DNA from: Terrimicrobiaceae bacterium
GTDB taxonomy: Bacteria > Verrucomicrobiota > Verrucomicrobiia > Chthoniobacterales > Terrimicrobiaceae
Assembly (NCBI GenBank): GCA_041752695.1
Contig: JBGSVZ010000092.1
Span: forward strand, 32,001 to 96,000
DNA: 64,000 nucleotides
Reading direction: 5' to 3'
Under the pieces are notes generated by a model. That model made no database searches. It was not told where the DNA came from and saw only the letters and a list, made by a program, of their open reading frames with translations. The first letter of the stretch is position 1, and each line of letters opens with the position of its first letter. Positions 1-8,427 of the stretch are shown here, piece by piece. The position numbers and the translations under genes were made by a program.

Positions 1-313
1 TTCCGGAATAGAGCCGGAAGATGCGGGTGAGCGCCCCAGAGTCGTTAAACAGACGGATCGCACCCGGCTGGGACGCCCAGGCGGTTCCCGTCGTGCCGGT
101 GGTGGCTTGGTTGATGGTGGCCTGGACTAAATTGACCGTCGTCTCGGCGAGGAGCCGCGTGCTCGCGGCTGCATCGTAACTGGCGGAGGCGGAGCGTTCT
201 GTGGCGGTGCGGACCAGAAAAATGGTGACCAGAGCGGCCATGAGGACGATGAGCGCGAGCACCGCGATCAGCGCGGCTCCGCGCGTTTGGCAAAGGGGCG
301 GACGATTTTTCAT
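1..313 (-). CDS. Verru_Chthon cassette protein A, N-terminal part (runs off window start)
   Basis: Hand translation from ATG at 313: MKNRPPLCQTRGAALIAVLALIVLMAALVTIFL...AWASQPGAIRLF...RLYSG. It has a PilX-like G|AALI hydrophobic leader and a WASQPG motif, and its ATG overlaps the stop of the upstream D gene (ATGA). Not in the ORF track. Confidence 0.8.
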   Translation of the reverse strand, partial: MKNRPPLCQTRGAALIAVLALIVLMAALVTIFLVRTATERSASASYDAAASTRLLAETTVNLVQATINQATTGTTGTAWASQPGAIRLFNDSGALTRIFRLYSG

Positions 314-951
314 GGGCGATAAACGAGAGGAACCCCAGTGAGCGGGTTAATCTGCACGAGGAAATAGTTGGGGGGCAACTGCGAGTCATTGGCGAAGACG
401 GCGGGCACCACCGAGAAAAACAAATTACTCATGGCGAGGACCGGCGTCACCTGCCCGGAGGGTCGGATCTGCACGGCGGCATAGGACGCATTGGCCGCGG
501 TGGAACTCGCCGGCATGGTGCCGGTCGGCAGACTGGCCATCACGCCTGGCAGAGGCGGGTTGGCTGCGATGGTCACGCTCTGCGGCAGGGTGAACATGCC
601 GCGCACCGGTTTCATGCCCCCGGCAGAGTCGGATCTCCAGAGCTGGACCGCACTGTAGCCCGCGCGATTGGGCAACTGTATGAACCGCAATTCGACCACG
701 GTGTTTTGGGCCGAAGCGGTCTGCCGGGCGAGGTTCACCTGATCGGCCACCACCTGTCCGCCGCGGGTGAGGTCGCTGCTTTGCATCATGGACGACATGG
801 CCGGAACGGTGAGGGCGGCGAGAATTCCGACAATGGCGACAACGACGAGCAGTTCCACCAGCGAGAATCCGGGCGGCCCCGAGCGGGCCAAACGCCCAAC
901 GGTGAAATTTTTCCAGGTGGACCTCTCTAAGATCATTTCGCCCGACTCCAT
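310..951 (-). CDS. Verru_Chthon cassette protein D (prepilin-type N-methylation protein)
   Basis: Prepilin cleavage motif GFSLVELLVVVAIVGIL; C-terminal NYFLVQINPLTG..YRP; cassette context. Start could be 936. Confidence 0.8.
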   Translation of the reverse strand: MESGEMILERSTWKNFTVGRLARSGPPGFSLVELLVVVAIVGILAALTVPAMSSMMQSSDLTRGGQVVADQVNLARQTASAQNTVVELRFIQLPNRAGYSAVQLWRSDSAGGMKPVRGMFTLPQSVTIAANPPLPGVMASLPTGTMPASSTAANASYAAVQIRPSGQVTPVLAMSNLFFSVVPAVFANDSQLPPNYFLVQINPLTGVPLVYRP

Positions 952-1952
952 TTGGATTCCCTAAGTGGGACCGCAGTGGTGAAAATTTTGAATTCGATCT
1001 TCTTGTCCGCCAGCGCCTTGGTGACGTCCTCTAGATCCTGCTGATAGTCGGCCACATTGGTGAATTTTCCCGTCAGTGCCGATTCGATGTCGGCTGGAGG
1101 GGAAGAGGTTCCGGTGTCGAGACGGGCGGCGGAGCCCTCACTGATCGCAATCATGGTCACCTGAATCAACGGCGGCAACTGATTGGCGGTGATGATCTGG
1201 GGAACCTGGAGGGCGTCGTCTTGGGAGTCATAGAGAAACTTCCCGCTGGGGGTGAGTTCCTCGCCGGAGGGATCTTCCGCGCTGGAAAGACGGGGCCAGA
1301 CGATGAGAGCGATGACATTTTCCGCCAGGGGAGAAACAAGTCCTGTGGTGCTGGTGGCATTGATCGGAGTCGTCCACGCCGCGGAGTCCCAGTAGCCTTG
1401 CACGGCCGCTCGATAGGCGCTTTCTGCCTGACCGGCTGCGCGGATCGGCTTGTTAAAAATCGACAGCTGCTCGGTAGGTTGAATGCCAAACATCAGGCGG
1501 TAGCGGAATTTCGCATTGCCGACGGCGCTGGGTTGAAACGGGGCGCTGCTTCCATAGCTGACAAACGCGCTACAAGCGTTGAGGAGTCCGCGGGTGGATC
1601 GCAGACCGGCATCCGCAGAATAGGTTTCGGGGGCGGCGAAAAAGATCTGCTGTCCGTAATTGCCATTCGGCCGCACGAGAAACTGGAGGTCCGATTGCCG
1701 CAAATACACCGTGGGTGCGAGGGGGTTGTCGTATTCCCAATAGGTGTTGAGCGTTGCCTGGGAAAGGGAGCGGTTGAGCGTGTCAAAACCGGCTCTCGCC
1801 CCCGCCAGCGCATCAATCCCCGCCGTGGCCCGGCGCATGGTCGCAGAGACAGAATTGGTGACCGCGACGATGATGCCCAGCAGCACGATGAGCACAGCCA
1901 TGGCGGCCAGCAGCTCAATCAGGGTAAAGGCGAGGCGGTAGCGATGTCTCAT
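933..1952 (-). CDS. Verru_Chthon cassette protein C (prepilin-type)
   Basis: AFTLIELLAAMAVL leader; LSQATLNTYW, YLRQSDLQF, LAENVIALIVWP and NQLPP motifs. Confidence 0.85.
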   Translation of the reverse strand: MRHRYRLAFTLIELLAAMAVLIVLLGIIVAVTNSVSATMRRATAGIDALAGARAGFDTLNRSLSQATLNTYWEYDNPLAPTVYLRQSDLQFLVRPNGNYGQQIFFAAPETYSADAGLRSTRGLLNACSAFVSYGSSAPFQPSAVGNAKFRYRLMFGIQPTEQLSIFNKPIRAAGQAESAYRAAVQGYWDSAAWTTPINATSTTGLVSPLAENVIALIVWPRLSSAEDPSGEELTPSGKFLYDSQDDALQVPQIITANQLPPLIQVTMIAISEGSAARLDTGTSSPPADIESALTGKFTNVADYQQDLEDVTKALADKKIEFKIFTTAVPLRESKWSRAK

Positions 1953-1990
1953 GGGGGAGGGGGCGCGTAACTAACGGCGCGGCGGCGGCC

Positions 1991-2509
1991 CTAATCCGTC
2001 TTTTGCTTCGCCAGCAGGAGGCCGAAAACCGTTTTCTGCCGATTGGCTACGGCGACGCCCAAGGGATGGGTCAGAGTCACCGTCACGTTCCGCGCATTGG
2101 TGGGATCGACGGTCAGCCCAGGGAGGTTAACGCCCCCAACCGCGAAAGACGCCTCGTAATACGCGTCTGCCCCCGCGGTTGTTTTGGTGCCCTCCAGAGT
2201 AAAATAATAGGGATTGGCGGCCAGATTTTGCACGGTCAGGGTGTCTGTGCTCGTGCCATCCGAATTGAAGGAAATCTGCTGGAGTTCGCCCTGCAACTGA
2301 CGGGCGATATTGGCCGTGGCCACCTGGGTGCGGGACTGCTGGGAAGACTTCAGTCCCACCGGGAGAGTGCCCAGCATAGCCATCATGGCGAAAGACACCA
2401 CGCCGATGGCCAAAACGACCTCCACCAGACTAAAAGCCTGGCGGGAGCGGGAAGGCGGCAGTTTACGGCGTAAAGCCATTGTGACTACTTCTCGGTGGGG
2501 AACGAACAT
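1991..2509 (-). CDS. Verru_Chthon cassette protein B (prepilin-type)
   Basis: AFSLVEVVLAIGVVSFAMMAMLGTLPVGL. Start is either 2509 (TACGGT box 6 nt upstream) or 2479. Confidence 0.85.
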   Translation of the reverse strand: MFVPHREVVTMALRRKLPPSRSRQAFSLVEVVLAIGVVSFAMMAMLGTLPVGLKSSQQSRTQVATANIARQLQGELQQISFNSDGTSTDTLTVQNLAANPYYFTLEGTKTTAGADAYYEASFAVGGVNLPGLTVDPTNARNVTVTLTHPLGVAVANRQKTVFGLLLAKQKTD

Positions 2510-2853
2510 GAGTTAACCGTAAATGGAGAATGAAGAAACTGTTAGCTTTTTGCTGACCAAAAATGTGCGTTTTCGCGATCATTCCGGTCCGGTAGAAGGC
2601 ACAAAATTCGTGATGTAGGTTCTCAGCTGACGGAAATTGGAGGGATTTGGCAAACGTTCTTCCCAGAGACCGATTTTCCTCGAGGGATCAGAAATCCAGT
2701 TGGGCTGGGGGGCTTGAAGAGTTTAGCAGGAACAGGACTTGTCCGCCAGCGGGATGTGCCCCGTCTCGGGGGAGGAAACCAGGAGTGTTGGGTTGAGTTT
2801 TTTCTGACATGCTGGTACGCTGTGGACCTGTTTAAGGTACGGACATCCTCCCC

Positions 2854-3669
2854 ATGAAAAAATTTCTCCTGTGCTTCCTGGTGTTGACCGCAGTTTCTCC
2901 GGTCAAGGCGCAAACGGTTCTTTACGATCTCAATGACACTGTTTTTTCCGGGACCGCCGGCGCGAACACCTTTCTCGCGGGCCCGGGGTCATTGTCCCAA
3001 CCCAGCCCGGGGTCGTCGATTACGCAAACATTGGGGACTTCGGGGAATTTCTCCTACTCGGTCGGGTATTTTGACCTGACCTCGCTTCTGGCGCTCGGGG
3101 ATTCCCTTACGATTTCCTACGCGGTGGATACCAGTTCGATCACGACCTTCCAAAACAGTGATCAGCAGTTTCGCGTGGGTTTGTTTAACTCGGGTGGCTC
3201 GCAGCTGACTGCGAATGTCGGGACAACTTCTGCGACGTTTAATGGTTACGACGGTTACGTGGGGACGTACCGGCCGAATGGCGCGTCGGGAGCGGCGAAT
3301 ACGTTACGCGAACGCACAGGCACAAACGACCTGCTTTGGTCGGGCGGCTCTTACACGACGCTGAGCGGTGCGCCAACGCTGGTGAGTCCCGGGACGGGCG
3401 ACTTCACGGGCAGCTTCAAGCTGACCCTTGTGGCCTCGGGGGTGGAGATTTCGAGCGTGATCAACGGAGGGGCGGCCCAGACCGTGATTGATACCACGGG
3501 AACTTTGACCTCGTTTGACACATTCTCGATTTTTGCGAACCCCCTGAACAATAGCCCTACCCTCGTTTTCACCGCACTTTCCGTCACGACTTCCGTGCCC
3601 GAACCTTCCGTGGTCGGATTGGTGGGCTGCGGGTTGGGCTTGGGGCTATTGCGCCGTCGGAGGAATTAG
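2854..3669 (+). CDS. PEP-CTERM sorting domain surface protein
   Basis: Signal peptide MKKFLLCFLVLTAVSPVKA; S/T/G-rich body; C-terminal VPEPS + hydrophobic helix + RRRRN. Confidence 0.9.
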   Translation: MKKFLLCFLVLTAVSPVKAQTVLYDLNDTVFSGTAGANTFLAGPGSLSQPSPGSSITQTLGTSGNFSYSVGYFDLTSLLALGDSLTISYAVDTSSITTFQNSDQQFRVGLFNSGGSQLTANVGTTSATFNGYDGYVGTYRPNGASGAANTLRERTGTNDLLWSGGSYTTLSGAPTLVSPGTGDFTGSFKLTLVASGVEISSVINGGAAQTVIDTTGTLTSFDTFSIFANPLNNSPTLVFTALSVTTSVPEPSVVGLVGCGLGLGLLRRRRN

Positions 3670-3905
3670 AGGCGGAGAGAGTCTTCGTCAGCGCGGGCCA
3701 CGGACGGCGAGTCGGTCGTCGGATTTCGGATGATTAGGTGATTGGTCGGTCCAATGTTTTTGATCGCGCTCCATGGAAAGTTTTGGACGTTGAGAAGGTG
3801 AGGTCGGGGGAGCGGCCCTGTCCCCGCGAGGGTTTTTAACGAATGAGCGGGTATGGAAATAAAGGGAAACGGATTTTTCGGGCTGGCTGACTCGTGACGG
3901 CGAAA

Positions 3906-3969
3906 GTCAGAAAACGACATAAAAATTGTCGGCTTGGTATTAACGCTTGGTGGTTTGCGGTGCTACGTT
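3906..3969 (+). promoter_or_regulatory. Candidate AraC-type operator plus -10 box for the second PEP-CTERM gene
   Basis: GTCAGAAAACGACATAAAAATTGTC (3906-3930) matches 6859-6883 at 19/25 positions; gcTACGTT -10 starts at 3964, 58 bp downstream. Confidence 0.6.
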
Positions 3970-4051
3970 CCTATCAATAGCAGAACGCTTCGGCTCGGTT
4001 TCCCAGTCGGCGGAAAGTCTTCTGCTCATCATTCCAACACCCCAAAAAGCC

Positions 4052-4921
4052 ATGAAGTTCACCTCCCTCAAAATCGTGCGTAACCTGTTTGTTTGCGCTC
4101 TTGCTGCCTCCGCCTGCCCACAGGCGGGTGCCCAAACGCTCCTCAGTTACTGGAATTTCAACAACGTCAGTCCGGGCTACCTGAGCGGAAACGGGTCTCT
4201 CGGTTCCTTCAGCACTGCTGCCGCTGCTTACGGCGAGGCGTACTCCCAAACGAACAACTCGACCGCTGGCAGTCTCGCTAGCAACACGGCTAATAGCACA
4301 GTCTTCAATACGTCCGCTGTGAATATTAACTTTTCCAACCTCGGAACATCGCCAACCCCGAATATCAACGGTAAAACGTTTGCCAGCGGATACACTGTTC
4401 AGGGTCAGACCAATACGTCCTTTGGCGGCTATGGGACATTCTTGGATTCCACGACAAATCGGGTTTCCGGCGATACCACCACCGGAGGTTCCTTCATTAT
4501 CATGAATCCATCCGGGGCATCGCTCGGGAAATCCATCACCTTTTCTCTTAGTAGCGAGGGTTATGACACGCTCTCTCTCAGCTATGCCACCCGCATCTCC
4601 AGTGGCAGCACCGGCACGGAGGCATGGACTTACAGCACGGACGGTGTGAATTTTACAAGCCTGACGTCCCTCTCGAGCCTCACGCAGGGAAGCTTCGGGG
4701 TTCAGACTCTAGACCTCTCGACCCTCAGTTCGGGAGCTCTTGATGACCAGGCAACATTTTATCTCCGCATGACCATTGGAACAGGCACCAGCGCCAGTTA
4801 TGCCTTCGATAACTTTCAACTCGTTGGAACGGCTGTTCCTGAACCGTCAACCTGCGTGATTGCTCTGGGCGGGTTGGGTCTGGTTCTTATCCGGGGGCGT
4901 ACTCGATCGCGGAATTCCTAA
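4052..4921 (+). CDS. PEP-CTERM sorting domain surface protein
   Basis: Start MKFTSLK with signal peptide ending AGA|Q; C-terminal FDNFQLVGTAVPEPS + TM helix + basic tail. Confidence 0.9.
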   Translation: MKFTSLKIVRNLFVCALAASACPQAGAQTLLSYWNFNNVSPGYLSGNGSLGSFSTAAAAYGEAYSQTNNSTAGSLASNTANSTVFNTSAVNINFSNLGTSPTPNINGKTFASGYTVQGQTNTSFGGYGTFLDSTTNRVSGDTTTGGSFIIMNPSGASLGKSITFSLSSEGYDTLSLSYATRISSGSTGTEAWTYSTDGVNFTSLTSLSSLTQGSFGVQTLDLSTLSSGALDDQATFYLRMTIGTGTSASYAFDNFQLVGTAVPEPSTCVIALGGLGLVLIRGRTRSRNS

Positions 4922-4978
4922 AGTTTTCGGGGCAGGTAAACGCTGGTTAACACAAAAATTTTCCCGGGGGGGAGTGAG

Positions 4979-5006
4979 AGGGCGGCTGCGGCCGCCCTTT
5001 CTTTTT
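4979..5006 (+). terminator. Rho-independent terminator
   Basis: AGGGCGGC-TGCG-GCCGCCCT hairpin followed by TTCTTTTT, between convergent genes. Confidence 0.75.
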
Positions 5007-6771
5007 AATTGGTCGATCGGTGTTCGACGGGCCGAGGCAAGGGTGGTGGCGGGGCGTGGCGTTCGTCCGTTGTCCGGAACTGGCGTTTGTATTGGCCGGG
5101 GGTCTGGCCGGTGAGGCGGCGGAAGACCTTAGCGAAGTGAATGCGGTCGGTAAAGCCGGAGCGTTCGGCGGCATCGTCGATGGAGTTTTTGGGATCCTTT
5201 AAGATCTCGCGTGCATGGTCAATGCGCATGCGCCGGATGTAGAGGCTAAGATCCAGTCCGGCGTGGTTTTTGAATTTGCGGCTGAGAAAATCCGGGTGAC
5301 AGCGCAGGTGGGCTGCGATGTCCCGGATATTAAACTGCTCCTGGATGCGCGTCTGCACGTAGCGCATCGTTTCTTTCACCAGGTAGGGTGCGGGGGTGTC
5401 GGTCTCTGAAATAAATTTGTCGAGATCGCCTCCATTCGAGGCAATTACGTCGCGGTACCAGAGCGCAGAGTCCTTCAAGGTTCGTTGCTGCGTGGCGTAG
5501 TCCACGTGAATGAGTCCAAAGCGATGTTTGTAGCCGTCCTGCCACTCAAAATTATCCATGGCCGACCAATAAAAATATCCCTGAAGATCAATTCCGTCGG
5601 CCAGGGCGCGGCGAAGTTGAATGAGGTATTTGGTCATAAAATCGATCCGGCTGGCATCGTGGACCCGCCCGTCGAGATTGACAAAGTCCGAGCAGGTGAT
5701 GCCGTTTTCCGTGATGACCAGCGGGAGTTTGTAGTGGTCGCCGAGGAACCGGGAGGCCCAGTAGAGTGCTTCCGGCGTTTGTTTCCAGAGATAGAGAGTC
5801 TGCGGGTGGCCGGGAGGGAAGGGTACGGCGACGGGATGGCCGTCGGCATCAGCCTTGACCGGTATGCCCTGAAAAATGTTGCAGCCGAAAAAGTCGAGCG
5901 GTTGCTGAATGGTTTTCATTTCCGCCGTGGTGTGTTTCGGCACCGCGTTCCCATGCTGTCGGAGGCCGTCTTCGGGGTAGTGCCCAAATACGACAGGGTC
6001 TCCCAACCAGGTATTATTCCAGAGAGAGCCAGGGTGGACGGAGAGCGTGGCAAGGCGGGCAGCTTCGCGGTCCTCGGGGCTTGGGCTGGCCGGATAAAAA
6101 ACCGTCGTGGAGGGAGCCCACCCAATCACGGGTTTGGTCAGAGCACTGGTCCGGATCTCCTGGACCGCGCGCCCATGGGCAATGAGGGAATGATGCGCGG
6201 CGAGCAGCAGTTCCGGGAAGTCGAGTTTCAGGCCGGGTGCATGTTCGCCGGTGCCATGGCCCAGACCGAGAAAACATTGAGGGTCACTCTGGGTGACCCA
6301 GTGGCGGACCCGATCAGAAAGACGTTTTACGACGGCAGTCGTGTAGCGCGCGAACCACTCGGGACTCTCAGGATTTAGCCATCCTCCACGGAGAAATAGT
6401 GCGTAGGGAAAATCCCAGTGAAACAAAGTCACCCAAGGCTGAACTCCGGCGGCGAGAAGCACGTCGACCAGACGGTCATAAAAATCAAGGCCTTTGCGGC
6501 AAATGCGGCCGTCTCCTTCGGGTAAAACCCGGGCCCATGACACCGAGAGCCGGTAGGCCTGCAAACCAATTTTTTGAAACAGGGCGACATCCTCCTGGTA
6601 GCGTTGATAGTGATTGCAGGCATCCCGGCCGGAATGTCCTTCCCAAATGTGGGAGCCGTCCCGGGTGAACATGTCCCAGACGGACAGCCCCTTTCCGTCG
6701 GCGTCCCAGGCTCCTTCCATTTGATAGGCGGATCCGGAAGCACCCCAAGTGAAGGTGGGAGGGAATTTCAT
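5005..6771 (-). CDS. GH1-like (catalytically degenerate) sensor domain fused to C-terminal AraC HTH: putative one-component regulator
   Basis: GH1 motifs FTWG..SAYQMEG, YRLSVSW, TLFHWD, ITENG, DNFEW. The acid/base motif reads TQSDP. Continuous frame into an AraC HTH (DIAAHLRCHPDFLSRKFK...AERSGFTDRIHFAKVFRRLTGQTPGQY). Confidence 0.9.
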   Translation of the reverse strand: MKFPPTFTWGASGSAYQMEGAWDADGKGLSVWDMFTRDGSHIWEGHSGRDACNHYQRYQEDVALFQKIGLQAYRLSVSWARVLPEGDGRICRKGLDFYDRLVDVLLAAGVQPWVTLFHWDFPYALFLRGGWLNPESPEWFARYTTAVVKRLSDRVRHWVTQSDPQCFLGLGHGTGEHAPGLKLDFPELLLAAHHSLIAHGRAVQEIRTSALTKPVIGWAPSTTVFYPASPSPEDREAARLATLSVHPGSLWNNTWLGDPVVFGHYPEDGLRQHGNAVPKHTTAEMKTIQQPLDFFGCNIFQGIPVKADADGHPVAVPFPPGHPQTLYLWKQTPEALYWASRFLGDHYKLPLVITENGITCSDFVNLDGRVHDASRIDFMTKYLIQLRRALADGIDLQGYFYWSAMDNFEWQDGYKHRFGLIHVDYATQQRTLKDSALWYRDVIASNGGDLDKFISETDTPAPYLVKETMRYVQTRIQEQFNIRDIAAHLRCHPDFLSRKFKNHAGLDLSLYIRRMRIDHAREILKDPKNSIDDAAERSGFTDRIHFAKVFRRLTGQTPGQYKRQFRTTDERHAPPPPLPRPVEHRSTN

Positions 6772-6857
6772 GGGAGAGCGCGAAGATTTCAGAGAAATCA
6801 AATTACGGCAAGACGAAAGCGAAATTGGTGGCTGTCTGACTCATTTGGCTCCTTCGT

Positions 6858-6922
6858 GGTCAGATATCGACAAGAAAATGATCATATCTGGCCCTATCGC
6901 CCGTCTGTTCCTTCGCTAAGCT
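6858..6922 (+). promoter_or_regulatory. Candidate AraC-type operator plus -10 box for the GH1-GH16-MFS operon
   Basis: GTCAGATATCGACAAGAAAATGATC (6859-6883); imperfect inverted repeat GGTCAGATAT-N16-ATATCTGGCC; gcTAAGCT -10 starts at 6917, 58 bp after motif start. Confidence 0.6.
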
Positions 6923-6963
6923 TTTGAAGTGTCCTTTCCCCTGAGTTCTTTTCGCCTGATTTC

Positions 6964-8409
6964 ATGAATTCCTCCTTTCCCGATAATTTCACCTGGGGCG
7001 CTGCGGCCGCCGCCTATCAAATCGAAGGGGCCTGGGATGCTGATGGCAAAGGCCCTTCGGTTTGGGATATGCTGGCGGAACAGCGGGGCCGGGTCTGGGA
7101 TGGACACACCGGCCGCACCGCTTGCGACCACTACCATCTTTACAAAGAGGATGTGGCCCTGATGAAGGCGATCGGTCTTCAGGCTTACCGCCTTTCTGTC
7201 AGTTGGCCCCGGGTGATGCCCTCGGGCGCCGGAGGGACGAGCGAGGCCGGGCTGGATTTTTACGACCGTCTGGTCGACGAACTCCTTGCTGCGGACATCC
7301 AACCCTGGGTGACTCTTTTCCATTGGGACTATCCGTATGATCTATTCTTGCGCGGGGGCTGGCTGAATCCCGAAAGCCCCCATTGGTTCGCGGACTATTC
7401 CGAGGTCGTGGTGGATCGCCTTTCCGACCGGGTCTCGCATTGGATCACGCTGAATGAGCCGCAGTGTTTTGTGGGTATGGGACACCTGACAGGGGAACAC
7501 GCTCCGGGGCTGAAGCTGGGGATGTCGGAGGTGCTTCTTGCCGGCCATCACGCGTTAAAAGCTCATGGGCTGGCTGTCCAAGTGATCCGCGCCCGCGCGC
7601 AAAGTGCGCCGCTTATTGGCTGGGCTCCGGTGGGGTGCATCTCGCAGCCGGCCACCAACTCCGCGGCGGATGCGGCCGCCGCCATGCAGGCGATGGCGGA
7701 TATCTATCCCGACAATCTTTGGAATAACCGCTGGTGGGGGGATCCTCCGGTCTTGGGCCATTATCCGGAGGAAGGCCTGCGCGCTTACGGCAAACATGCT
7801 CCCAAGGTCCGCTCGGGTGATATGGAAACCATTTGCCAGCCGCTCGATTTCTACGGCTGCAATATCTATTCCAGCTCTGTCATACGGGCGGGAGAGAACG
7901 GTCAGCCGGAATCGATCGTGCGACCGGCGGGCCATCCCCAGACGCATTTTCTCTGGCCGGTTTCTCCGGAGTCGCTCTATTGGGGACCCAAGTTCCTCGC
8001 GGAGCGTTACAAACTTCCCGTCGTGATCACGGAAAACGGTCTGTCGCATTGTGATTGGGTGGATCTGGATGGGCGGGTGCGGGACGGTGGTCGCATTGAT
8101 TTTCTCCGGCGTTATCTGCGAGAACTCGACCGGGCTATCGCGGACGGCGTGGATGTTCGGGGGTATTTCCACTGGTCCATCATGGACAACTTTGAGTGGG
8201 CGGAGGGTTACAAACACCGCTTCGGACTCGTGCACGTGGACTACGAAACGCAGAGCCGCACTCTCAAGGATTCCGCGTTCTGGTTCCGGGACGTCATCGC
8301 CTCCAACGGCGCGACATTGTATGGCGCGGCCCACCTTTCCGAATCCTCCGTTCCCGCGTGGCAGGATTCGCCAGAAAACGGAGCGTTGGAAGACGTCTCC
8401 GCCTCCTAA
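6964..8409 (+). CDS. GH1 beta-glucosidase (cytoplasmic)
   Basis: AYQIEGA, TLNEP (acid/base), GCNIY, ITENG (nucleophile) and DNFEW all intact; no signal peptide. Confidence 0.93.
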   Translation: MNSSFPDNFTWGAAAAAYQIEGAWDADGKGPSVWDMLAEQRGRVWDGHTGRTACDHYHLYKEDVALMKAIGLQAYRLSVSWPRVMPSGAGGTSEAGLDFYDRLVDELLAADIQPWVTLFHWDYPYDLFLRGGWLNPESPHWFADYSEVVVDRLSDRVSHWITLNEPQCFVGMGHLTGEHAPGLKLGMSEVLLAGHHALKAHGLAVQVIRARAQSAPLIGWAPVGCISQPATNSAADAAAAMQAMADIYPDNLWNNRWWGDPPVLGHYPEEGLRAYGKHAPKVRSGDMETICQPLDFYGCNIYSSSVIRAGENGQPESIVRPAGHPQTHFLWPVSPESLYWGPKFLAERYKLPVVITENGLSHCDWVDLDGRVRDGGRIDFLRRYLRELDRAIADGVDVRGYFHWSIMDNFEWAEGYKHRFGLVHVDYETQSRTLKDSAFWFRDVIASNGATLYGAAHLSESSVPAWQDSPENGALEDVSAS

Positions 8410-8427
8410 TTGCTTTTGCTGATTCCC

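Noticed and set aside
5375..5460. Possibility that GH1-AraC is two genes joined by read-through or a decaying pseudogene
   Set aside because: The frame is continuous with a short linker and no stop or frameshift. The AraC part has no sensor domain of its own, and the notable substitutions fall on catalytic positions while binding residues are kept.
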